A stretch of DNA of 64,000 nucleotides from Heptranchias perlo (lineage: Eukaryota). The stretch lies in the NCBI RefSeq assembly GCF_035084215.1, contig NC_090336.1:40486001-40550000 (forward strand), given 5' to 3'. The translations under genes and the position numbers were made by a program. Positions within the stretch are counted from its first letter, which is position 1. Each line of letters starts with the position of its first letter. The notes below the pieces were generated by a model, which saw nothing but the letters and a program-made list of their open reading frames with translations, searched no databases and was not told the origin of the DNA. Shown here one piece after another: positions 11,695 to 24,574 of this stretch.

Positions 11695-14600
11695 ATGGAA
11701 ATGGCAATGCCTCTGCAAATAATACCTGAAGATTTTAGGCATTCAGAAACCAAGCCTTTCATAAATGTCCAAAGGAAAGCCAAGGTTTCAATGGCAAAGT
11801 TTTTTGAGACAGAGACTGTTGCACCTGTTCATGGCCTATTGTGGCAATCCTCATCCTCTCAAATCAAGCCAGTGGGAACCATGCCTTTGGAGACATTGCC
11901 TTTGGACAAGAAGACTTTGGAAGATAAGTCCCTGGAACACATGCCTTTAGAGGTCAACCCACCGAAAACCAAGTTCTGTGACTTCAGTCAAATGGAAACA
12001 AAATCTTTGGAAGATCACATATTACGATTACAAAATCTCTGCCGCATTTGTGGAGCTTCCTTTAACACCAGCAGTTATGACATGAAATATCCGGTTAGTG
12101 GGCCTGTTGATGATGTCACACAAGAGGTTCTCAGGAAAATGGGATATGGAGATAGCTTTTGGCCAGAACTCATTCATAACACATTTAAGATAGATGTCAA
12201 GACAGATACAGAAGTCAGATATCCCACCCATTTCTGCTACAACTGCTGGCGGATTGTCATTCAGACAATTAACAACACAACTAATGAAGATGCATTCTTT
12301 CCTATCAGTACAATTGTTCAGTGGAAGCCACATTCCAATCTTTGCAGGATTTGCAACTTTACAAATGGGACTCGCAAACGAAAAGGTCTCAAACGAAGTC
12401 CACCAGTCACAAAGAAGCCCAAAGTAGCAGTTGATGCTCCAATCAGACCAAGAATCATGAAAAGAAAAGATAAAATAAATAGTACAAGTATTTTATTGGC
12501 TAAAAAGATTGTCAACTGCAAGAAGATCCACCTAAATTCGAAACTCCTTGTGATTGATTTTCCCAATAACTTTATCCAGTCAGTGTCATGTCAGATTTGC
12601 GAGCACTTACTTGCTGACCCTGTGCAATCACCATGCAAGCACCTTTTCTGCAGAACATGTATTCTCAAATGTACTGCAGTCCTGGGCAAGTATTGTCCAG
12701 TTTGTAGGTTTCCTTGTGGTCCTACAGAGTTCAAAAGCCCAGTTAAATCATTCATAAATGTTCTCAATTCACTAGTTCTAAAATGTCCAGTGACAGACTG
12801 TGAAGAGGAGGTGAGACTAGATGAATATCCAAACCATGCCCAAAATCACAAAGAAACAAGAATGAAGCATGCTTACTCACCAATAAACAAGGGTGGCCGT
12901 CCAAGGCAACATTTGCTGTCTTTAACCCGAAGAGCTCAAAAACATCGTCTGCGAGATCTCAAACTTCAGGTGAAGGCTTTTGCAGACAAAGAAGAAGGTG
13001 GAGATGTAAAGTCAGTATGTCTTACTCTGTTTTTGCTAGCACTGAGAGCTGGAAATGAGCACAGGCAAGCAGATGAGCTGGAAGCTCTAATGCAGGGACG
13101 AGGATCAGGATTGATGCCAGCCGTCTGTCTTGCCATTAGAGTCAATACATTTCTGAGTTGCAGTCAGTACCATAAAATGTATCGGACGGTCAAAGCAACT
13201 ACTGGGAAGCAGATCTTCCAGCCATTGCATGCCCTCCGAAGTACAGAAAAGACTCTGCTGCCAGGTTATTATTCATTTGAATGGCAGCCTCCTCTAGAAA
13301 ATGTCTCTACAAACTCTGAAGTGGGAATATTAGATGGCACGAGTGGTTGGGCACCATGTGTTGATGATTACCCAATGGAGACAATTTCAAGACGATTTAG
13401 GTATGACGTGGCACTTGTTGCAGCTGTGAAGGATCTAGAGGACGATATTTTGAAAGGTTTAAAATGTCAAAAAATAGATGAGTTTGTGAGTGGACCATTT
13501 ACTGTTGTAATCAAGGAATCTTGTGATGGAATGGGGGACGTCAGTGAAAAACATGGATGTGGTCCATCAGTTCCAGAAAAGGCAGTGAGGTATTCCTTTA
13601 CAATCATGAGTGTGAGTGTGATGAATGAAAACAATGAAAAAGTGAAAGTATTCGAAGAACTAAAGCCAAATTCCGAGTTGTGCTGCAAACCACTGTGCCT
13701 GATGCTAGCGGATGAATCTGACCATGAAACATTGACAGCAATACTGGGCCCAGTAATCACTGAAAGAGAAGCCATGAAGACTAGTGATTTAATCCTTGAA
13801 ATTGGTGATTTGCTCAGATCTTTTCAGTTTATCTTTAGGGGCACAGGGTATGATGAGAAGCTTGTACGTGAAGTTGAAGGTCTTGAAGCCTCAGGGTCTA
13901 TCTATGTATGCACATTATGTGATGCCACTCGCAGCGAGGCTTCACAGAATTTGATCCTTCATCCCATAACAAGGAACCATGAAGAGAACTTAGAACGCTA
14001 TGAAATTTGGCGTTCAAATCCATATCATGAGACAGCTGAAGAGTTACGTGATAGAGTGAAGGGGGTTTCAGCAAAACCATTTATTGAAACTCAGCCCTCC
14101 ATTGATGCCTTGCATTGTGACATTGGAAATGCCACAGAATTCTACAAAATTTTCCAGGATGAGATTGGGGAACAGCATAAAAATGCCAGTCCATGTAAGG
14201 AGGAAAGGAAAAGGTGGCATGCAATGCTCGATACACACTTAAGAAAGAAGATGAACCTGAAACCTGTCATGAGGTTGAATGGAAACTTTGCAAGAAAATT
14301 GATGACCAAAGAGACTGTAGAAGCTGTGTGTGAATTGATTCCATCTGAAGAAAGGCGAGAAATTCTCAGGGAGTTAATGCACCTTTATATTCTTATGAAA
14401 CCAGTGTGGCGTTCCACATTTCCAGCTAAAGAATGCCCAGATCTTCTTTGCCAGTACAGCTTCAATTCCCAGAGATTTGCAGAACTGCTTCGTACAGAGT
14501 TCAAGCACAGATATGAAGGGAAGATCACCAACTACCTACATAAGACTTTAGCTCATGTCCCTGAGATCATTGAAAGAGATGGCTCTATAGGCGCATGGGC

Positions 14601-14841
14601 AAGTGAAGGGAATGAAGCAGGCAACAAACTTTTTCGGCGTTTCAGGAAGATGAATGCAAGGCAGTCCAAAAGCTATGAGTTGGAAGACATTTTGAAGCAT
14701 CACTGGTTGTACACGTCAAAATATTTACAGAGGTTCATGGATGCACACAATGCATTGAAAGATCCAAAGTGTGCATCTGAATCACCTGATGTATTCAGTG
14801 AAGATAATTCAATACCTGAAGTTGATTCCATTAATTTTTAA
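11695..14841 (+). CDS. RAG1: V(D)J recombination-activating protein 1 (single coding exon, 1048 aa)
   Basis: C3HC4 RING ([24 protein letters not shown]...CPVC), nonamer-binding domain [24 protein letters not shown], catalytic D611 (KESCDG), D720 (GTGYDEK), E974 (SEGNE), ZnC2/ZnH2 ligands; ORF intact. Confidence 0.99.
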   Translation: MEMAMPLQIIPEDFRHSETKPFINVQRKAKVSMAKFFETETVAPVHGLLWQSSSSQIKPVGTMPLETLPLDKKTLEDKSLEHMPLEVNPPKTKFCDFSQMETKSLEDHILRLQNLCRICGASFNTSSYDMKYPVSGPVDDVTQEVLRKMGYGDSFWPELIHNTFKIDVKTDTEVRYPTHFCYNCWRIVIQTINNTTNEDAFFPISTIVQWKPHSNLCRICNFTNGTRKRKGLKRSPPVTKKPKVAVDAPIRPRIMKRKDKINSTSILLAKKIVNCKKIHLNSKLLVIDFPNNFIQSVSCQICEHLLADPVQSPCKHLFCRTCILKCTAVLGKYCPVCRFPCGPTEFKSPVKSFINVLNSLVLKCPVTDCEEEVRLDEYPNHAQNHKETRMKHAYSPINKGGRPRQHLLSLTRRAQKHRLRDLKLQVKAFADKEEGGDVKSVCLTLFLLALRAGNEHRQADELEALMQGRGSGLMPAVCLAIRVNTFLSCSQYHKMYRTVKATTGKQIFQPLHALRSTEKTLLPGYYSFEWQPPLENVSTNSEVGILDGTSGWAPCVDDYPMETISRRFRYDVALVAAVKDLEDDILKGLKCQKIDEFVSGPFTVVIKESCDGMGDVSEKHGCGPSVPEKAVRYSFTIMSVSVMNENNEKVKVFEELKPNSELCCKPLCLMLADESDHETLTAILGPVITEREAMKTSDLILEIGDLLRSFQFIFRGTGYDEKLVREVEGLEASGSIYVCTLCDATRSEASQNLILHPITRNHEENLERYEIWRSNPYHETAEELRDRVKGVSAKPFIETQPSIDALHCDIGNATEFYKIFQDEIGEQHKNASPCKEERKRWHAMLDTHLRKKMNLKPVMRLNGNFARKLMTKETVEAVCELIPSEERREILRELMHLYILMKPVWRSTFPAKECPDLLCQYSFNSQRFAELLRTEFKHRYEGKITNYLHKTLAHVPEIIERDGSIGAWASEGNEAGNKLFRRFRKMNARQSKSYELEDILKHHWLYTSKYLQRFMDAHNALKDPKCASESPDVFSEDNSIPEVDSINF
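11878..11952 (+). repeat. Five 15-bp coding repeats in the RAG1 N-terminus ([25 protein letters not shown])
   Basis: ACCATGCCTTTGGAG ACATTGCCTTTGGAC AAGAAGACTTTGGAA GATAAGTCCCTGGAA CACATGCCTTTAGAG. Confidence 0.85.
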
Positions 14842-16185
14842 GCTGAATTATTGGGGTTGAAATTGGTTCTAAGTATCTTTAACCACAGGAGACTGTGAAC
14901 AGTCTGTACTGTGTGGGCAGTTGGGCTTATCATGGCCAAGTTTGGTAAGCAGAGTTGGCGTTGGTGAAAAAATCCCAACAGTATTAACAAGATAACACGG
15001 TCAGTGTAGTGTTTAACAGGCTCAGTTGACAAATATATGTGTCAACTGCAGCTGGAATAGAAAGGGAGCTAACCTTTTTATATTGTTTGGACCACGTTAG
15101 ATAGTCACAGAAAGCAGAAACGTTGTTTAGATCCTTTGCTTAGATGTGAAAGACAAGTGGGCAAGATAATAACATGTTAAATAACAAAAGATTTTGTCGG
15201 ATGAAGGAGTGGAAAATATTTTCTGAATGCAGTATTCAAACTTTTTAAAATCAACAATGGCAGTTTTATTGTTGGAAGGGAAATGGTGATAATTCCCAAT
15301 GCCTGTTGACTCACATCACTATTTTAATTGTGGTGCTTTGCTGCGTTTTTCTGTATTCTTACCCAGCCATTTATTGATTTGTTTTGGCACATAATGTAAA
15401 AGTGCGTAATATTAAACTTTTTTGTGATTTTTTTTTACAATGAGAAAGGAAGGTAAACGGGAGTGAATGATTACAGTGCTATTTTACAGAAATAAGATTT
15501 TTTAAAAAGTCATTTATAATAAGTCACTATGATCCTATGTCATCAATTAATTTGTTTTGATATGTTTAGAGTTACTAGGGGATCTCCCATAGTGCTAATT
15601 AATCAAGCCAGAAGATCTGCTGTTTTATAAGGGCATGAGCATAATACCATTAATGCATGTAACATACCATATTCTGCTGAAAAAGGGCAGCTGTGTATAA
15701 CTTAGTGTGTTCTTGTAAGGCGATGAGGTGTAGTTGCTGTGCCTTCCTTGGCCAATTAGAGGCAAATTGTTCTTAGACAGATCCTCCGGCCAATTAGTGG
15801 TCAAACTGGCTTCTTTTGTATTTTAAAATTTTTTTAAAGCTTAGTTCCTGAAATCAATTAGAAGATATTTTCTGTTGGTGGGGAAGTTTCTCTGTACATT
15901 GGTAATCATTAGTTTTCTTTCTTTTTTTATATATGCTCTTTCTTTTTATATTTTTAAAAAAGTGTGACACAGACTTGGCAAGCATGACTTTGTGACACGT
16001 AAAACGTAACTAGCTTAAAACTTTTATCTCAATATTGTACTACCAGATCTCCTGTGGAGTAACGCGTATATTAGATATTCTGTTTTATAACAATAGAGGC
16101 ATTATCAACAAAGTCTGATGGGGAAAATGCTACATGAAGCTACTGTGGCATTTATGTGAAGAGTGCACTATATGCAAGACATTTA

Positions 16186-16754
16186 GGGGTAGAAATTGAG
16201 ATGCATTGTGCTAGTTATTCGGGCATAAAACAGGCGTAAAGCATACCAATTTGTGCAGGCGCTGCCAAATGTGTGGGCCCCATTTTTTAGGCCCCTCGAA
16301 TAAGTAAATTAGGGGCCTAATGACTGTTAAAGGACCCCTTTGATAAATTAATGACCGACGCCTGCCTCACTCAGGATTCTTCAGCGGCCCCCGCATCTGC
16401 CATCCAAAGGTACATATTTAAAATTTTGTTTAAAAAAAACACATTCCTGTGGATCCAGGAGGAGCAGGAGTGCTCCCCGACTCCACAGGAGGCTCCCCAC
16501 CTCTCCGTAGCCTGCTCCAACCTCCCTCCCGGGACTTACCCCAGAGGGCAACTGCCGCCGATGTAGGTGGCTTGAAATTGATGTCTCCTGTTGGGCAAGC
16601 TGCCTTTGGAGTCACGAGCAGCTCATCCCCAATTATTCAGATGAGGCCCGAGGATTGACTTCTATCAATCCTTTGGCCTCTTGCTTCAGGTGCGTGCTGC
16701 CTCCAAAGTGCCGAGTCTGGCCCCGAAAGCGGACTGAGACAAATTTTTACCCCC
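16186..16754. mobile_element. MITE, Harbinger-like, in the probable RAG1 3' UTR
   Basis: GGGGTAGAAATT ... AAATTTTTACCCCC termini; flanks TTA/TCA; GC-rich interior resembling 31333-32135. Confidence 0.65.
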
Positions 16755-17703
16755 TCAGTTCTGTAATATATTAAAAGTATTTCATTTAACATTCACTTCC
16801 TGTAAGCATCACACTTCGTTCTTGCCACAGTTTAGCCATCAACTTTAGATGGCACACTTTAGGTGTCACACTTTAGTGTATGAGCATCCTCATAGGAGAT
16901 CTGCTGGAATTATCAATATACATAGATGCGGATGGAACCTATGCATTGTGGCAATAGCTTGGCCATCATGGGTCCGCGGTGCTTTTTTTAAAAAGGATAA
17001 TCAATACCCTTTATTTCTGTTACATAATTTCTGGTTATCAAAAGCAGAGATATGGTTTTATCAGTAGTTTCCTACTGTCTACTGCGGAGGCCAATAAAGG
17101 CGCAACAATATATACGTCATGGGAAAAGTAACAAAGAAGTTTTAAAACTTTGGCAAGTGTGATCTATTTCCCAACTTCAAAGTATAAAATAATAAAATAA
17201 CATCACAAGTTGCATAATCGTGGGAATGACATTATTCCAAGATCTGATTATGGCTGAGAACACTGGGAAAACACACCACAAATGCACAATTTATTCAAGT
17301 CTTCATTTCACCATCCAGCAAATTCGTGACAAACAATAAATTGTAATGAGTGGTAACAATGGATGAGTGCATTCTTGCATGGATTTTTTTTCTCATTTTG
17401 TACTTGGCTTTGTTCTGTCACAAGCTAAATGTTGAATTATTAGGCCCCATTGAATGGACACCAGCTCGTTCATTATTGAGTCTATTTTTAATCGCATGTT
17501 GCAAAGTAGAATCTGCAAGTAGCTTTTACTTTCACAATAAACTGAATGCAACTGCTGCTGCCATTGTGTGTTCACCAGTAGTAAGATATTGGCAACACAA
17601 AGCTGGTAACAGACTCTTACAAGCAATGTGTATGCAAGCTAAAGTTGTTGTGTCAGCTGACAGACACAAGAAAGTACAGTAAATGAAGTGGTTACTACAA
17701 AGC

Positions 17704-17751
17704 CATTTTACATTAGTGCATGTCAGCATTTTACATTAGTGCATGTCAGCA
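17704..17751. repeat. Perfect 23-bp tandem duplication
   Basis: CATTTTACATTAGTGCATGTCAG twice. Confidence 0.95.
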
Positions 17752-18275
17752 TAGCTGATTTTAATAAGTACAAATATGATCTAGTATAGGACGGGGCCAA
17801 ATGCTTGAGTTCTTTTAAAAGGTTGCAGAATAGTTTGCAGTTTATCATAAATTACATCCTACATTTTGTTAAAATAATAGATTGTCATGCATTGATGGCC
17901 TTTTTTATTAGTTATATATGGAACTCAAATCAGTTTTCCATAATTGTTTACTTCCATGTTTATAATGCTTCTGTAATTTCACATGGATTGGATGCTATTG
18001 CATTGTAATATTGCATATCACTGTAATCCATTGCATTTTCAGTATTCTGCCTACATATGAAGCAAATTTTGATATAAACAAAACTTAGTGCTTTCAATGA
18101 GTCAGGCCCAAAGCAGTTTGCAATATTGATTGTTGAGATCTGTTTTTAATCATTATACACTCTATTTGTTTAAAGGTTATACCGATGTTAAGCTGACAAA
18201 TGCATTAGTCTACAGTGTGATAATTCTGCTTATTGCAAATGTGTGTTGTCAACTTTAGCTCTGCTTTTAAAAAAA

Positions 18276-18281
18276 AATAAA
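18276..18281 (+). terminator. RAG1: Candidate RAG1 poly(A) signal (~3.4-kb 3' UTR)
   Basis: AATAAA followed by GT-rich TTGGTTGTGTG. Other AATAAA hexamers occur at ~17.1-17.5 kb. Confidence 0.35.
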
Positions 18282-19789
18282 GATTTAAAGCTTTTAAACA
18301 TTTGGTTGTGTGCAATTTGTAATTTACAACACTTTCTAGTTGTTTTCATTCAGCTTTATTACAAATACCCCCGACCCCCGATTTAACTGCTGGCTACATG
18401 TTTTTCAGCACAAAATGGGCTGCTGTGAGTTGAATTTCTCTCCCCATGTTTTGGCATCATTAGTCAGCTCACGGACTGGACCTCTTAGCTACCTGGGTTA
18501 ACTGGTAACCATTTCACAATAAGTTTGGAATATTTATATGCAAAAACAATTATAGACCAGTGATTTAATCAGAGTTTCATAACTGGGCGATACAATGCAT
18601 TAATATTGTTCTTAGCACAAAATAGTTACTTTTCTCCATTAATTTTCTTTCGTCTCCTGAAGGTATTAATTTTTTTGTTGATGTATGACCCTTGGTGCAG
18701 GTCACTTCAGTACGCTGTCCAATAGCATTATTCATGTGTAAGCCGAGACAGTGAACGTAGGAAAGTTATTTAACTTCAGCAATGGGGGGAGCTAGCGTCA
18801 GAGACAAACCCGATTCTATCCGCACCTCCTGCTGTCGAGCCTCGTCTGCACATCGGAAATTTGGGTACGCACTGTGCACGATTTTTGATCACTTAGATTG
18901 GTGGTCGGAACTTCCTGAGCAGTCAGAAAATTACCCCGTACATCCACAACATGGACTTCCAGCAGGAACTCTGGCCAATTCTCCTCTCCCGCACTCATGA
19001 GCAAACCCTCGAACCCCTATGCCCTGGCACAGACTGAGGATTGAACCTGCTTTCTACTGGTCAGTAAAGCTCTAGCTGCTCACTGCAAAAATATGCTTAG
19101 TTATTGGGGGTGGCCTGCGTGATAACTTTTAAATTATTGTACTTATGTGTCAATGTCTAATGTGTCTAAATGCATGAGATTTGGGATGGGGTGAGTACAC
19201 TCTCCCCCGGGTTGATCAGAGTCCATGATTGGGTGCAAAATGATGCCACATAATAGGGTGCAGTTTTGTTCCTATGTGTTATAAATTGGATAGCCAGTTA
19301 GTGAAGGATAGAATACTAGAGCCTAGTCTTCAGTTGCTTCCAAGCTTTTCTTCACAGAGCTCCACATTACACCCACGCCAAACCCGAGATCAGCTCACAT
19401 AAATGGATATGAGAGTTCCCAATTGATATGCACCATCTGAATACAATTAGCACTAATTGATATAAATCACATGCATACAATTAACATTATGGGGGTGAAA
19501 TTTTTTCTTGGGCGGAAGCGCAAAACAGGCGATAGTAAATGAGGGAAGAAAACAACTTTAAAATGGAGATAAAATATATTTTATGAAGAAAAGTGGGTCC
19601 TAGCAAGCCAAGTCCGTCACCTTTGTATGAAGTAACATAAATTAAATGAAAGTAATAGATAGTAGCATTATTTTACATTTGTGCAAAGTCAAATTGGATC
19701 CACAATATAAAAGCAATATCAAAAAAATTTGACCTTAATCAAAGTATCATAGTCTGTTACAGCACACTATGATACTATGAGCGGGCATC

Positions 19790-22700
19790 GCAAGAAGAGT
19801 GGATCGTGAACCGAGTGGGAACTTGAGAATTTAGTGAGAGTGGGAATTAGGTGTAGAGGGGGAAGGGGGTCCTAAATTTAAAAAAAGCAAAAAAACCCCA
19901 AAACAGACCAAAAATTAATTATTTATAAATAAATATAGACTAAAATATGGCAGAACAGGTTCTGTGCCTGGACTGCAGTATGTGGGAGTTTGTGGACATC
20001 AAGAATGTCCCGAGCGAACACATCTGCAGTAGATGTCTCCGCCTCGAATCTCTCCAGCTCAGAGTCATTGAGCTGGAGTGTGAGTTGGAGACACTCCGAC
20101 ACATAAGGGAGGGAGAGGATTATCCGGACAGTTTGCTGCAGACTTTGGTCACACCTCGTAGAGGGGTATAGGATCAGAATGGGGATGGTGTGATCGATAG
20201 CCAGACTAGACCAGCCACATAAATACTGTGGCTACAAGAGCAGGTCGGAGGCTGGGTGTTCTGTGGCGAGTGACTCACCTCCTGACTCCCCAAAGCCTTT
20301 CCACCATCTACTAGGCACAGGTCAGAAGTGTGATGGAATACTCTCCACTTGCCTGGTGAGTGCAGCTCCAACAACACTCAAGATGTTCGACACCATCCAG
20401 GACAAAGCAGCCCGCGTGATTGGCACCCCATCCACCACCCTAAACATTCACTCCCTTCACCACCGGCGCACAGTGGCTGCAGTGTGTACCACCCACAGGA
20501 TGCAATGCAACAACTCACCAAGGCTTCTTCGACAGCACCTCCCAAACCCGTGACCTCTACCACCTAGAAGGACAAGAGCAGCAGGTACATAGGAACACCA
20601 CCACCTGTGCGTTCCCCTCCAAGTCACACACCACCCCGACTTGGAAATATATCGCCGTTCCTTGGCTGGGTCAAAATCTTGGAACTCCCTTCCTAACAGC
20701 ACTGTGGGAGAACCTTCACCACACGGACTGCAGCGGTTCAAGGAGGCTGCTCACCACCACCTTCTCAAGGGCAATTAGGGATGGGCAATAAATGCCGGCC
20801 TCGCCAGCGACGCCCACATCCCATGAACGAATAAAAAAAATAGTGTACAGAGTAAGGGGAACCCAGGTGAGATAGAGAACGAGGATTCGCAGAAACTGAT
20901 CCTATCCAACAGGTACAATGTATTTGCTACTTGTGAGGATAAGGATAAAGACTTTGGAAAGACAGCCAGAATGCTGACCATGGCTCCTTGGAGCAGGAGG
21001 CTGTCCAAAGGGGGGAGGAGGAGGAGAAGCGCGATGTAAGGGATACAATAATTAGGGGGACAGATAGCATCCTTTGTAAGCAAGATCAAAAGTTTCACAA
21101 GGTATGTTGCCTACCTGGTGCCAGGGTAAGGGACATCACGAACTGGCGTGAAAGGATATTGGAGAGGAAGGGGGAGGTTGTGGTCCATGTTGGAACCAAC
21201 AACATAGGAAAGAGTATCCAAAAGGACCTGTTCAGAGAGTGCCAAGAGCTAGGAGCTAAATTAAAAAACAGGACCTCAAGGGTTATAACCTCTGGATTAT
21301 TACCCAAGCCATGTGCAAATTGGTGTAGAGTTAAGCAGATTAGGGAAGTGAAAACGTGGCTGAAAGACTGGTGTGGAAAGAAGGGTTCCATTTCATAGGA
21401 CAGACTAGTACTGGGACAGGAAAGAGCTGTACCGTTGGAATAGGCCCCACCTGAGCTGGAATGGGACCAGGGTCCTAGCGGAAAGGATAAATAAAGCTGC
21501 CACAAGGACTTTAAACTAGTAAATGGGAGGAGAGGGCTCAGGTGGAAAAGGTAGTGTAAATAATAATTCTAAAACAAACGAAAAGGAAGAGAGTAGAGTG
21601 ATATTCAGAAATTTTTCTTTAGGCACTACAGGTAAAGAGAAAATGAAAAGGTATAAAGTAATTAAATCAGGAGAGAGAAATAAGAAATGTGTGAGAAAAA
21701 CATTAGAGCAGAAGGGCAGGTTAGGGTGTGCGTCCCAAATAAGCATTCTTTATACAAACACATGGAGTATAAAGGAGGAAATTGAATGAATTGCAGGCGC
21801 AAATTCAACTCAGAGGGTACGATATGGCAGCCATTACTGAGATATGGCCGCAAGACGGTCAGTACTGGGAACTGAATATACCAGGTTATAAGGTCTATAG
21901 GAAGGATAGGGAAACTGGTAGAGGGGGAAGAGTAGTCTTAGTGATTAAGGATGAAATTACTTCAATGATAAGAGAGGATATAACGAGAGGAAAGCAGGCA
22001 GTGAAGACTTTATGGATAGAATTAAGAAATAGAAAAAGATTTAAGACTGTTGTGGGAGTTGTGTATAGGCCCCCCTGGCAGCAGTTGTGAGGTGGCAGGA
22101 TGTATAAATGCAGAGATTAGACAAGCATGTAGTAAAGGTAGTTAACGGTGGATTTTAACTTTCATATAGATTGAGATAAGCAGACGAGCTTATGTCAGAA
22201 AGGTAGCATATTTCTTGTGTGTGTTCAGGACAGCTTTATGCAACAATATGTCCTAGAACCAACAAGGGGGCAGGCCATATTAGATTTAATAATGAGTAAT
22301 GAGCCAGATTTAGTTAACAGCCAAACGGTGCGTGAACATTTATCGAATAGCGATCATAATATGATCGAGTTCAACGTTGTGTTTGAAAGGGAGAAACCCG
22401 TATCAGCTACTAAGATTCTAAATTTAGGTAAGGCCGACTTCAACAGGATGAGACAGAGACTGCCCACAGTAAACTGGGCAAATCTGTTAATGGGTAAAAA
22501 GACGGAAGATCAGTGGGTGTTATTCAAAGAAGAATTTAACGTGATACAGAACCAGTTTATACTCCTAAGGGGCAAGAGCACCACTTGCTAAAAAAAACAG
22601 CCATGGACGACAAAAGAGGTAAGGGACAACATAAAACTAAAAGAAAAAGCATAAAAAATGCAAAGAATAGCACAGATCCTGGCAACTGGGAGAGGTACAA

Positions 22701-23970
22701 AGGACAGCAAAGAGCAATAAAACAGATAGTAAGAGCTACAAAAAGGGAGAATGAAAAGAATTTTGCAAGGGATATCAAAATCAACATAAAAATGTTTACA
22801 ATTATATTAGGAAAAAGAGGGTGGTCAAGAGCAATGTGGGCCCCTTAAAAACTGATAATGGTGATATTGTAAATGAAAATAAAGAAATGGAGGACATTTA
22901 AATAGTTACTTTGCATCAGCATTTACAGTAGAGGAAGAGGATAGCATGCCGGACGCCCTAAGGAAACTAATTTTGAATCAGGGACAGGGACTCACCATAA
23001 TTGACGTAAGTAAATTAACAGTAATGAAGAAAATAATGGCACTAAAGAGTGACAAATCCCCAGGACCAGATGGTTTCCATCCTAGGGTTTTAAAGGAAAT
23101 AGGTGAGAACATTGCAGATGCCCTAACTATAACCTTCCAAAGATCTCTCGATTCAGGAATTGTTCCTTTAGATTGGAAAATTGCACATATCACTCCGCTA
23201 TTTAAGTAAGGTGAGAGAGGAAAACCAGGGAATTATAGACCAGTTAGCCTAGTATCTGTTGTTGGGAAATTATTAGAGTCTATAATTAAGAATAGTGACT
23301 GAACACATTGAAAATTTTCAGCTGATCAGAGAGAGCCAGCATGGATTTGTAATGGGCAGATCATACCTGACAAACCTGATTAAATTTTTTGAAGAGGTGA
23401 CTAAAGTAGTGGACAGGGGAATGTCTATGGATGTTGTTTATATGGACTTCCAGAAGGTATTCGATAATGTTCTTTTCAAGAGACTGTTGGCTAATGTTGA
23501 AGCTCATGGAATTGAGGGCGAATTACCGACCTGGTTAGGAAATTGGCTGAGCGGCAGGAGGCAGAGAATAGGGATAGTGGGCAGGTACTCAAATTGGCAG
23601 GATGTGACTAGTGGTGTCCCACAGGGATCTGTGTTGGGGCCTCAACTATTCACGGTATTTTTTAACGACTTAGGATTAGGGGACATAGCCTAAAAATTAG
23701 ATCCAGGACTTTCAGGAACGAAGTTAGGAAACACTTCTAGACGCAAAAAGTGGTAGATATTTAGAACTCTCTTCCACAAACGGCAGTCGACGCTAGCTCA
23801 ATTGTTAATTTTAAATCCGAGATTGACAGATTTTTGTTAACCAAAGGTATTAAGGGATATTTGGCTAAGGCGGGTATATGGAGTTAGGTCACAGATCAGC
23901 CATGACCTCACTGAATGGCAGAACAGGCTCGAGGGGCTAAACGGCCTACTCTTGTTCCTGTGTTCCTATT
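19790..23970 (+). mobile_element. Near full-length CR1 LINE (ORF1 zinc finger/leucine zipper plus esterase; ORF2 endonuclease and RT), degenerate and internally deleted near 23670
   Basis: ORF1 CLDCSMWEF...CSRCLRLESLQLRVIELECEL and CCLPGARVRDI/VVVHVGTNN (SGNH-like); endonuclease ITEIW, GVVYRPP, SNSDHNMI; RT KSPGPDG, YMDFQK, GVPQGSVLGP; CR1 3' UTR ending TTCCTAT. Confidence 0.92.
20200..20840 (+). mobile_element. Family B LINE 3' fragment inserted into CR1 ORF1
   Basis: Near-identical to 24840-25372; ends GAATAAAAAAAA; splits the ORF1 zinc-finger and esterase parts. Confidence 0.88.
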
Positions 23971-24574
23971 TTCACAGAAGGAGGCCTTTCGGCCTATCGC
24001 GCCTGTGCCAGATCTCTGAAAGAACAATCCAATTAGTCCCACTCCCTTGATCTTTCCCCATAGCCCAGTACATTTTTTCCCTTCAAGTATTTATCCAATT
24101 CCCTTTTGAAAGTTATTATTGAATCTGCTTCCATCTGCTTGAGATGCAATTGAATTTTAAGTGGTTCAGATAAGTATTGTTCACCTGTAGTTTAGATAGC
24201 ATTAGTCTAATACAGTTCCATTAGATGCTTAACCTAAGGCACAGCTGACAGCTTGTCGTTATTGTGATACTTCTGTGTGGGTAAGCATTTGCTGCATGTT
24301 GTTAGAACCACAAGCAAAATGTATTTTGGCAGAGATTCTGTGTGGGGCTGTGTAGTAGTCTAAGATATATTTTTCGATGTCTATAGCATTAGCCTTTTGT
24401 CTGTTTGAGGACCGAGTGATGACGATCACCTCAGCTACAAAGCCGTAAGCGGCCACAAGTGAAATGAGTCTCTTTCAATCTTTCGTTTTATCTCTCAGCG
24501 GGAACAACTGCTTTACTTGTATATGCAATACACGGCAAAACCACAGAGTCAGTGAACATATGTTCAGTGTTCAT

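Noticed and set aside
14740-14841. ProtoRAG-like C-terminal Cys/His DNA-binding tail (CTT1) on RAG1
   Set aside because: The tail is short and acidic with a single Cys, as in ordinary vertebrate RAG1.
19744-19780. GTATCATAGT...ACTATGATAC hairpin containing CACTATG (ProtoRAG-like TIR start)
   Set aside because: It is short, lies between rather than outside the RAG genes, and resembles a CR1-type tail next to a CR1.
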